Source of the DNA: Spirochaetia bacterium
Lineage (GTDB): Bacteria; Spirochaetota; Spirochaetia; UBA9216
Assembly (NCBI GenBank): GCA_963675665.1
Contig: OY776510.1
Coordinates: 4,992,001 to 5,056,000 of the forward strand
Length of the DNA stretch: 64,000 bases
Reading direction: 5' to 3'
A model generated the notes under the pieces. The model was given only the letters and a program-made list of their open reading frames with translations. It was not told the DNA's origin and made no database searches. How positions within the stretch are numbered: position 1 is the first letter of the stretch; every line of letters begins with the position of its first letter. The position numbers and the translations under genes were made by a program. This document shows, piece after piece, positions 51,606-59,774 of the stretch.

Positions 51606-53632
51606 TATGCTGCCCCCTCCGCTTTACTTACGCCGACCAATTCGTCAATTTGCAGTTTCTCCAGGGTTTCGGATATCGGAATGCCGTCCGGACTCCAACC
51701 CATTGCTTTATAATATTCCGTATGCATTTGTCCGAAAGCTTTCCGCTCACAAACTACCTTTCGTCCTTCTACTGTTGCAGGTTTTGTGTAAAACCGTTCA
51801 GGCAGCCAGTCATCATCCGTCGTCAGGCCGCAGGCAACATTGAACAGTCTTTCAAGCGTGTAGACCCTGTGACCTATGCGCTGCAGTTTACCGGCATTTA
51901 ATTCCATTCCTGTAATTGCGTTAAGCAGTTTTGCGTAGTCATCCAGAGGTATTGAAAACGAGGTGTATACGCATGAACCTATTGTATCAAAAACAGTATT
52001 GCGGAATGCGGCATTTTTCAGCACCAGCGGCGTACCTTCTATTCGACCGCCGTCCCATTCTCCGTACCCTGCGGCATACGCCTGCGCCGCCATGTAACCG
52101 CCCTCAAGGTGGCAGCCGCCGCGGTTGCTCATCTCATAGCTTAGAGCCTGACTGAATGAAGTTCTGGGATCATATGCGGGAAGTTCCTGTTTTTTCACCG
52201 TCATCGAGAGTTCAGGGTGGCCGTACCGTTCACAAAACCGAAAAGAGCCTTCGGCAAGATACCCGCCTATACCCTTTCGCTCTGCAATCATGTTTATCAG
52301 CGGAAGCAGAATTTCTTTGTTTCCGAATACCGGCTCTCCGACTTCTTTTACAAATAACGCCGAATCAGACATGAACTGTTGTTCTGCTTCATTCAAATTG
52401 TCCAAGGACTTGCAGGTTTCATATAAATCAACGAATGCGGATATTGTCCCGCCCAGGCTGATGGTATCCATGCCCAGACGGTTCGACGCATTGTTGGCAA
52501 GCGCTATAAGCGGAAGATCATAGATTGACAGATTAGCGCCCAGCAATGTTACGGATTCAAATTCCGGGCCTTCACCCTTGTCGAATTCATTTCCGTTCTC
52601 ATCATAGATCGTTATTTTTCGTTTGCAGGCTACAGGGCAGTTGTAGCAGGTACCTTTTTTTGCTTTTATACCGAACTCTCCGTCATGTTTAATATCATCG
52701 TAATAACGGAGAGCTTCACCGCTGATTCTGTCGATATCACTGTCGTTATGAGTTGTGTCTCTCATATTGTTATGAGGCAACTGACCATGATTATGCACCA
52801 TTCCCATAAGGCCAAGCGAGCCGAGAGAGGAAAGAATACCGTAGTCGACCTCTTTTCTGGTCAGTTTCCCGACATCCAGCATTATTTTGGCCTTGAATGC
52901 CGCGCTTTTACTGTTTTTTATACTCAGCATATCGGGATCAGCAACCTTTATTTCGGTTTCCGAATCGGGGACTACGGCAATCGCATGCAGGTTCTTTGAT
53001 CCCCAGACAGCTCCGCAGCCGTTTCGTCCAAAAGCGCGGCCTTTTTCATTTATTACAGCGGAAAACCTCACAAGGTTCTTTCCCGCCGGACCTATCGACA
53101 TTACACGAACACCCTCGGGTAATTCCGAAGCGATACCGTCGTTAGACTCTTCGGTTGAAGCTTCAGCATAAGCTGACGCATCCCTGACTGTAACATTGTC
53201 CTTCTGCACTACAAGATAAACCGGCTTCTCAGCCTTTCCGGTAATAAAAAGAACATCAATACCTGTCTTTTTCAGGGCCACACCCCAGTATCCGCCTGAA
53301 TTGCTGCTTCCGAGACCGCCGGTCAGCGGTGATTTGAAATTCATATGGAAACGGCCCGAACCCGGCATTTTAGTCCCGGTTGCGGGAGAGGTCGTTATAA
53401 TAACCGGATTATCCGGAGATAATCCGTCAATATCGCTAAAAGGATTGCCGTACTTCCCGGAAAGAGAAGCAAAATAACGATACAGCAACGCAATACCCAA
53501 CCCCCTTCCACCGAAATACCTGATCGCTATTTCAGGATCAAGCGGTTCGAATTTGCATTCACCTGAACTTAAGTCTATAAATGCAATTCTTCCCATAAAA
53601 CCAAGGGGCAGTCGTTTCTCTGCTGTTTTCAT
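51605..53632 (-). CDS. Aldehyde:ferredoxin oxidoreductase (W/Mo-pterin AOR family)
   Basis: GGRGLG, KSPLTG, SNSGG, IGPAG, GAVWGSKNL, CYNCPVAC, GPEFE, GMDTIS.G, NRGGCH, YY..MGW...G.P; exact start (53632 or 53641) uncertain. Confidence 0.92.
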   Translation of the reverse strand: MKTAEKRLPLGFMGRIAFIDLSSGECKFEPLDPEIAIRYFGGRGLGIALLYRYFASLSGKYGNPFSDIDGLSPDNPVIITTSPATGTKMPGSGRFHMNFKSPLTGGLGSSNSGGYWGVALKKTGIDVLFITGKAEKPVYLVVQKDNVTVRDASAYAEASTEESNDGIASELPEGVRVMSIGPAGKNLVRFSAVINEKGRAFGRNGCGAVWGSKNLHAIAVVPDSETEIKVADPDMLSIKNSKSAAFKAKIMLDVGKLTRKEVDYGILSSLGSLGLMGMVHNHGQLPHNNMRDTTHNDSDIDRISGEALRYYDDIKHDGEFGIKAKKGTCYNCPVACKRKITIYDENGNEFDKGEGPEFESVTLLGANLSIYDLPLIALANNASNRLGMDTISLGGTISAFVDLYETCKSLDNLNEAEQQFMSDSALFVKEVGEPVFGNKEILLPLINMIAERKGIGGYLAEGSFRFCERYGHPELSMTVKKQELPAYDPRTSFSQALSYEMSNRGGCHLEGGYMAAQAYAAGYGEWDGGRIEGTPLVLKNAAFRNTVFDTIGSCVYTSFSIPLDDYAKLLNAITGMELNAGKLQRIGHRVYTLERLFNVACGLTTDDDWLPERFYTKPATVEGRKVVCERKAFGQMHTEYYKAMGWSPDGIPISETLEKLQIDELVGVSKAEGAA

Positions 53633-53680
53633 AGTTTCCACCTTATCTATAAAATTAACGGAGTTTGGTGCTTAAGGGTA

Positions 53681-54691
53681 TTAACCTATCAGTTTTCTGC
53701 AGGTTTCACCTATTTTCAGCTGTGTCGGTACAATTATCCGCTTTTCTTCCTTATCTGTATTATCTCCCCGGATCTTCTTCATCATGATATTGAAAGCACA
53801 CTGACAGAGTTCAGGGATATTCTGCTCTACAGTGGTCAGTTTCGTATTAAAAATTGTGTAATAGGGAATATTGTCAAAACCTATCAGAGAGATATCTTCC
53901 GGCACCGAAATATTTAAAAGCTTTGCCTTATTCAATGCACCAAGGGCCATTTGATCATTCGCGCTGAAAATAGCTGTAGGCCATTCTGACAGGGTCAGAA
54001 AATATTCCATTGCGTTTATTCCTGATTCAAAGCGTAAATCTCCGCGGCTGACCAGTTCCTGATTGAAAGAAACATCGTAAGCTTTAAGTGCGTCGCAATA
54101 ACCACGGAATCTCTCCTCTGCCGACGGCCATTTTGCCGGCCCGCTGATAAAACCTATTCTCCGGTGATTAAGCTGCAGAAGGTATTCTACAGCCTGGCGC
54201 GCTCCGTTATAGTTATCGCTGCTGACTTCAGACACAACGCCTTCCTCGCTGTGCCTGTCGATAAGCACCGTTTCGGTATACTGACGCGCCCGCTCTATCG
54301 TGTTCATCGAAATTCCCTCGGCAAATATTATCCCGCCTATTTTATTGTCCAGCAGATAATCAAGATAAATCCTCTCCTTCTCCTCATTATTTTCCGTGTC
54401 GCATACCGTCAGCGGTATCCCCTGCTCCATGGCAAGATGACTTATCCGGCGCACAATCATGGCAAAAAACGGGTTCAGAATATCAAAGACAAATAATGCA
54501 AGTCCCCAGCGCGATTTGGAACTCAACCTTGATGCAAACGGGTTAGGTTTGTAACCAACCTCACGCATGGTGTTTTCTATCTTTTCACGCAACGGCGCGG
54601 CAACAATATCCGGATTATTTAACACCCTCGAGACGGTTGCAGGAGATGTTCCGCAGAGTTTTGCTATTTCCGTTATCGTATATTTAGACAA
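53681..54691 (-). CDS. LacI family transcriptional regulator
   Basis: TITEIAKLCGTSPATVSRVLN, Y.PN..A, NPFF, PTAIF..ND..A.G, VPEDISLIGFD. Confidence 0.95.
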   Translation of the reverse strand: MSKYTITEIAKLCGTSPATVSRVLNNPDIVAAPLREKIENTMREVGYKPNPFASRLSSKSRWGLALFVFDILNPFFAMIVRRISHLAMEQGIPLTVCDTENNEEKERIYLDYLLDNKIGGIIFAEGISMNTIERARQYTETVLIDRHSEEGVVSEVSSDNYNGARQAVEYLLQLNHRRIGFISGPAKWPSAEERFRGYCDALKAYDVSFNQELVSRGDLRFESGINAMEYFLTLSEWPTAIFSANDQMALGALNKAKLLNISVPEDISLIGFDNIPYYTIFNTKLTTVEQNIPELCQCAFNIMMKKIRGDNTDKEEKRIIVPTQLKIGETCRKLIG

Positions 54692-54707
54692 ACCATGCCT
54701 CCTGTGG

Positions 54708-54721
54708 TGAAAACGATTTCA
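54708..54721. promoter_or_regulatory. LacI-family operator upstream of lacI-AOR-aldolase-activase
   Basis: TGAAAACGATTTCA just upstream of the lacI RBS and downstream of a minus-strand TTGACA (54754-54759). Confidence 0.75.
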
Positions 54722-54777
54722 ACCACACCTATTAAAAACCCCGCCGGAGCATATGTCAAGCGGGAATTATTTACTTC

Positions 54778-55461
54778 CTAGCTGAACAGATCTTTGTTTT
54801 TCTGACCGTAATGATTTTTGGCAAAGTCCTGCATTGCCTTAATTTCATCCTGGCTGAATTTTCGGATGTTATTGCCGAGCAGATTGGCAAACAAAAGAAT
54901 CTGCGCATTTTTCTCAAGCACCATGCTCACTTTTAAAGCCATCTTCATGTCGGTTCCGACAAGCAACGCGCCGTGTCCCGGAAGAAGAACTGCATTATTA
55001 TTCCCGAGTCCGGCAACCGCCACATCTCCGAGAGCCTCAGTTCCCGGAAGTTCATAGGGGCTTGCTACCTTTATTTCAGCTCCTACTATCTGGATAAAAT
55101 CTTCGCTTACCCCGATGAGGTTCTGCCCTGCTACTCCAAAAGCTGTTGAGTAGACCGGATGCGTATGAATGACCGCATTAACGTCCGATCTTGCATTAAA
55201 CACTGCAAGATGCATATGCTTTTCAATTGAAGGCTCTGCTTCTCCGTCGACAATATTCAGCTCAGTATCCATTACAACAACATGCTGCGGTTGTATCTTG
55301 GAATAATCCATTCCGCTCGGGCTTATATAAACCAGATTGGTTTCCGGGTCGCGCGCGCTTATATTTCCCCACGTTCCGACGGTGATTCCTTTAGCGACCA
55401 TCTCAATTCCTGTATCAACAATAAGCTGCTTATAGCTGCCTTTGATACGTCTATCCATCAT
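54778..55461 (-). CDS. Class II aldolase/epimerase (FucA/AraD-like)
   Basis: GTWGNISARD, ISPSG, PSIE..MH, VIHTHP, LPGHG: intact Zn site. Confidence 0.9.
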   Translation of the reverse strand: MMDRRIKGSYKQLIVDTGIEMVAKGITVGTWGNISARDPETNLVYISPSGMDYSKIQPQHVVVMDTELNIVDGEAEPSIEKHMHLAVFNARSDVNAVIHTHPVYSTAFGVAGQNLIGVSEDFIQIVGAEIKVASPYELPGTEALGDVAVAGLGNNNAVLLPGHGALLVGTDMKMALKVSMVLEKNAQILLFANLLGNNIRKFSQDEIKAMQDFAKNHYGQKNKDLFS

Positions 55462-55585
55462 ATAACTCCTAATGATTTAATATTATCATACTTATGGTAT
55501 ATTTCTACCTATTTTTACACATTTTTGTCAATATAGTCTCAACTTCTTTATTTACATTTTATTTTTACCATATTATAATCCAATT

Positions 55586-56362
55586 ATGAGTAATAAACAA
55601 AAGCGCCTCGAAGTGCTGAAAAGCATGCTGAAAGTCGAACATTCAATGAAAATCTCGGACATTTCGAACCGGATCGGCGTATCTCCAATGACTACCAGAC
55701 GCGATATTGAAATACTTGAACACGAAGGCTTTATAAAAGTTCTTCACGGAGCCGTCATATATAATGCCGCTGCAGAACCCGGCGGCCTGTCTGATTACAT
55801 GCTGACGGTTGCCGAAAGCAGGCAGAAAGAAAAGAAACAACATATTGCTCATCATGCGTTATCGTATATCGAAGATAATGATATCATTTTTCTCGATGCC
55901 GGATCAACGACAGAATCACTTGCCCGAAGGCTTCCCGAAAATCTGAAGCTTACAGTTATATGCTATACCATCAACATTTTTCTTGCTGTTGCAGATCATC
56001 CAAATATTACAGTCATTCTGCTAGGAGGAACTTACAACCGCGAAACAATGATACTGGAACAGAAAGGCGTTTCTCCCATACTTCAGAACAACCGGACAAA
56101 GAAGGCTTTTATTTCAGCAGGAGGTTTTCATACAAAACTCGGAGTCACCTGCTCAAATGAAAACGAGCGCCTGACAAAGCAAACAGCAGTCAATCAAACT
56201 GCCGAGTCTTTTCTACTGATTGATTCATCAAAATTCGGTGAAGTGAATTCATGTTTCTTTGCAGGGACCAATGATTTCGATCATATAATTACCGACAATA
56301 ATATCCCCGATAATTACAGAGAAGAATTAGCCGGATTCGATACTGAAGTACATTTCGTCTGA
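55586..56362 (+). CDS. DeoR/GlpR family transcriptional regulator
   Basis: VSPMTTRRDI..L; IFLDAGSTT; LIDSSKFG. Confidence 0.93.
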   Translation: MSNKQKRLEVLKSMLKVEHSMKISDISNRIGVSPMTTRRDIEILEHEGFIKVLHGAVIYNAAAEPGGLSDYMLTVAESRQKEKKQHIAHHALSYIEDNDIIFLDAGSTTESLARRLPENLKLTVICYTINIFLAVADHPNITVILLGGTYNRETMILEQKGVSPILQNNRTKKAFISAGGFHTKLGVTCSNENERLTKQTAVNQTAESFLLIDSSKFGEVNSCFFAGTNDFDHIITDNNIPDNYREELAGFDTEVHFV

Positions 56363-56440
56363 TAAGATTAAAAACCGTCTGAATGCTGCATATTTTCAAT
56401 TGCAGATTCATGTTTACTGTGGTATTCTTTAAAAACGGTC

Positions 56441-56454
56441 TGAAACCGTTTTCA
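56441..56454. promoter_or_regulatory. LacI-family operator upstream of the glycyl radical enzyme
   Basis: TGAAACCGTTTTCA just upstream of the AGGAG RBS. Confidence 0.75.
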
Positions 56455-56477
56455 TAAAGGCTTTATAGGAGATTGAT

Positions 56478-58889
56478 ATGAATACACGAATTGTAAAATT
56501 AAGAGAAGGACTCTTTGAAAATATCCCGGAAATATGCCCGGAGAGGGCGGTAATTTTTACCGAAGAAATGAAAAGAAGCGAAGGGGAACCCATTGTAAAG
56601 CGAAGGGCACAGGCTTTGTATGAAGTCCTTGATAAAATCACAATATTCATAAGAGACGGCGAACTTCTTGTCGGAAACCAGGCCTCAACAGTGCGCGGAG
56701 CTCCGGTTTTCCCCGAATACTCCGTCGACTGGATTGTAGATGAATTCAACGGTAAACCCTACCACTTTGCAGAGAGACCCTGCGATCAGTTCCGGTACAC
56801 AGAAAAAACAAAAAAACTGGTCCTTGAAACAATTGAATACTGGAAAAACAAAACCTTGATAAAAAACGTCTGGAGCAGCCTTCCGGAAGAAGCAAGAACA
56901 GCCTGGGAGATAAATGCCATCGACGACACATGGTGTGCTGCCGCCGGCCTTGGAAATGTTCTGCCTGATCACTCAATGGTTCTCACACACGGTCTTGAAT
57001 ATGTTATTGCAAAGGCTGAACAAAGAATTCAGAACCTCGACCTTACCGAGCCCGGCACAATCAGTCAGTACTGGTTTCTTCAGGCCGTGGTAACGGCAAA
57101 TAAGGCTGTAATAAACTTTGCCTCAAGGTATGCTGCTCTTCTGGAGAAGGAAGCAGCCTCATGCACAGACGCCGTCCGGAAAAATGAGCTTCTGGCTATG
57201 GCCGCAAACTGCCGGCGTGTTCCTGCAAAACCGGCGGAAACCTTCTGGCAGGCCGTTCAGACCGTATGGTTTATCCAGCTTATACTTCAGATAGAAACAA
57301 ACGGTCATGCAATATCCCTGGGACGCTTTGATCAGTACCTGTATCCGTATTACCGCAACGATATCGACAGGGGAATAATAACAAAGGATCAGGCGCTTGA
57401 GATAGTAGAATCGTTCTTTATAAAGGCGAATGAAATAAACAAACTTCGGTCATGGCCTGACAGCGAATATTTTCCCGGATATCATCTTGCGGAAAACCTC
57501 GCCATCGGCGGACAGCTTGCCGACGGAACCGATGCGGTAAATGATCTGACGCATATTATACTTGAGGCGACCGGAGATCTGCGCCTGACAAAACCGTCGG
57601 TTTCACTTAAATGGTACGAAGGAACAAGCGATGAGTTTATGCACAAAGCCCTTGAGGTAATAGATAAACATAAAGGCGGACAGCCGGCGCTTTACAACGA
57701 TCCGGGCGTAATGAAAATACTTGAGGGTATGGGGGTAGCAAAAGAAGATCTTTACACCTGGGCGCCTGTAGGCTGTATTGAAGCGTCGATACCGGGCAAA
57801 TGGGATTTTGCCGCAAAGGGTTCATGGCTCAACGTCGGTAAGGTTTTCGAAATGACGCTTAATAACGGAACTGATCCCAATACCGGAATATGCCTGCTGC
57901 CCGGAGACGGTTACCTGTCCGGGTTTAAAAGCAGCGCTGAACTGATGGCAGCCTTCAAGAAACAGCTTCATTACTATATGGAACTGCAGGTTATCGTAGA
58001 ACACATCAGCGACGAGATGCACATTCTGCATGACCAGAACGCATTCAGATCATCGCTTGTTCATGACTGTATTGAACGGGGGAAATCACTTATCGAAGGC
58101 GGAGCTGTTTATACCGCCGACGGAGGTCCTACAGCGGGCTCCATTTCGGTTGGAAACGCATTCGCAGCAATAGAATATGCCGTTTTCGACAAGAAACTGC
58201 TCACAGCCGCCCAGATAGCGCACGCGCTTGAAACCAATTACGAAGACAGTACAACATCCCCCTCCGGCGAAGAAATCAGGCAGCTTCTTCTCAATAAAGC
58301 GCCTAAATTCGGAAATGATGATGATTATGTTGATAAATGGGTAGTGGAAATAACCGACTACCTGGGCTCAAGCTACCATAAGGATTTCAAGAGTTCCAGA
58401 TACGGCAAGGGCCCGGTCCCGGCCACTTTTGCTCTCAGCATGAGTTCGGTTACCGGAAACGTGGCGTTCGGAAAGTCGGTGGGAGCCCTGCCTGACGGCC
58501 GCAAAGCCACACTGCCGGTAAACAACGGTGTATCTCCAGCAAACGGAACAGAAAAAACAGGCCCTACAGCCCTGATAAATTCAGAAGGAAAACTGCCGAG
58601 CTGCTGGTGTCAGAAGGGAACAATTTTCAACATGAGGCTTACTCCTGAAACATTAAAAACCCCGGAAGGCCGTAACAGAGCCCTTGCTCTCGTAAAAAAT
58701 CACTTTAAGAATAATCAGTTTCATATACAATTCAATGTATTAAGCGATAAAACCCTCCTCGAAGCACAGCAGAAACCTGAAGAATACCAGGATCTGATGG
58801 TACGCATCTCGGGATACAGCGCGTTTTTTACACCGCTGAACGAAGAACTACAGCGGGATGTGATTGAAAGAATGAAGTTTGATTTTTAA
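56478..58889 (+). CDS. Glycyl radical enzyme (PFL2/YbiW/diol-dehydratase superfamily), substrate unknown
   Basis: Cys loop VGCIE (single Cys, so not PFL); Gly loop DLMVRISGYSAFF; GRFDQYLYPY; APKFGNDDDYVD. Confidence 0.93.
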   Translation: MNTRIVKLREGLFENIPEICPERAVIFTEEMKRSEGEPIVKRRAQALYEVLDKITIFIRDGELLVGNQASTVRGAPVFPEYSVDWIVDEFNGKPYHFAERPCDQFRYTEKTKKLVLETIEYWKNKTLIKNVWSSLPEEARTAWEINAIDDTWCAAAGLGNVLPDHSMVLTHGLEYVIAKAEQRIQNLDLTEPGTISQYWFLQAVVTANKAVINFASRYAALLEKEAASCTDAVRKNELLAMAANCRRVPAKPAETFWQAVQTVWFIQLILQIETNGHAISLGRFDQYLYPYYRNDIDRGIITKDQALEIVESFFIKANEINKLRSWPDSEYFPGYHLAENLAIGGQLADGTDAVNDLTHIILEATGDLRLTKPSVSLKWYEGTSDEFMHKALEVIDKHKGGQPALYNDPGVMKILEGMGVAKEDLYTWAPVGCIEASIPGKWDFAAKGSWLNVGKVFEMTLNNGTDPNTGICLLPGDGYLSGFKSSAELMAAFKKQLHYYMELQVIVEHISDEMHILHDQNAFRSSLVHDCIERGKSLIEGGAVYTADGGPTAGSISVGNAFAAIEYAVFDKKLLTAAQIAHALETNYEDSTTSPSGEEIRQLLLNKAPKFGNDDDYVDKWVVEITDYLGSSYHKDFKSSRYGKGPVPATFALSMSSVTGNVAFGKSVGALPDGRKATLPVNNGVSPANGTEKTGPTALINSEGKLPSCWCQKGTIFNMRLTPETLKTPEGRNRALALVKNHFKNNQFHIQFNVLSDKTLLEAQQKPEEYQDLMVRISGYSAFFTPLNEELQRDVIERMKFDF

Positions 58890-58913
58890 ACGGATTTGAA
58901 TATACCAAATTTC

Positions 58914-58949
58914 AAAAGCCCCGCCGGTTATCAGGTCGGGGCTTTTTTT
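58914..58949 (+). terminator. Intrinsic (probably bidirectional) terminator after the GRE gene
   Basis: AAAAGCCCCG...CGGGGCTTTTTTT between convergent genes. Confidence 0.8.
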
Positions 58950-58962
58950 GATACAGGAAAGA

Positions 58963-59724
58963 TTACAGGTTTCTGTAATGAAAGACTTTGTCGGGAATCG
59001 AATCAGGCATCCTGATCTTTTTAAAGACAAGCCTAGTCCTCGAGTTGTTTTCGAAATCTTCCATCAGGCTTTCATCCGGAAAGATTTTTCCGTCGACATT
59101 CTGTGTTGAAATAACCTTGTACCTTTTAACCAGGGTTGTGCCGTTAAAGTACTCTACTTCACGAATCTGATGCGATTCGCTGTCGATAAAAAGGACTTTT
59201 TTATTCGTCCGATCACTATCGTCAATCGATGAAACTTCAATCCTGTAACCGGGTGATTCATCTATAATTATCCCGGAAGAATCCGTAATTAGAAAATCAG
59301 AAGTCCTGATGGATGAAAAGTCCGAAGCAGTAAAGTCTGAATCGAAAACGCGTTCATCATTTCCGGAAGAGGTAATCTTTCTGGCGCCCCTGCTTGTAGC
59401 AATCCATTGCAATGAGGTTCCGTCTCCTGAACTGAGCTGAAGGAATTTCATTTTTCGTAAAAAAGACGGATCTATAATCTGCATATATAATTTATACTCG
59501 TTGCCTTCATTGCTGATGCTTATATCTATACTGCGGCGTTTTTCCCCGGAAGGATTTTCGATTATCATTTCCACTTCCATCGTCATGTATCGGCTTTCTC
59601 CGAATAACCTCGCCTCTGAAAGGATTGATTCAGCGTCTGCAGGTTCTGCATAAATAGTCATGGGAGCGCAGAGAAATAAGAATAAGAATAATATTCCAGT
59701 CCGAGCAGTTGATTTTTTCCTCAT
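58963..59724 (-). CDS. LolA-like outer-membrane lipoprotein-sorting protein
   Basis: Signal peptide; KFL...QWI...RKI......F.SDFT..D; C-terminal M.D.....T.L.......IPD..F. Confidence 0.78.
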   Translation of the reverse strand: MRKKSTARTGILFLFLFLCAPMTIYAEPADAESILSEARLFGESRYMTMEVEMIIENPSGEKRRSIDISISNEGNEYKLYMQIIDPSFLRKMKFLQLSSGDGTSLQWIATSRGARKITSSGNDERVFDSDFTASDFSSIRTSDFLITDSSGIIIDESPGYRIEVSSIDDSDRTNKKVLFIDSESHQIREVEYFNGTTLVKRYKVISTQNVDGKIFPDESLMEDFENNSRTRLVFKKIRMPDSIPDKVFHYRNL

Positions 59725-59774
59725 TAATGTTTATCTCCGTAAGCTAATGCGATAAAATAAAGTATCATAAGGAG

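Noticed and set aside
56478-58889. Calling the GRE pyruvate formate-lyase or propanediol/glycerol dehydratase
   Set aside because: Single Cys (GCIE) rather than CC, and dehydratase pocket residues appear substituted; no microcompartment genes.
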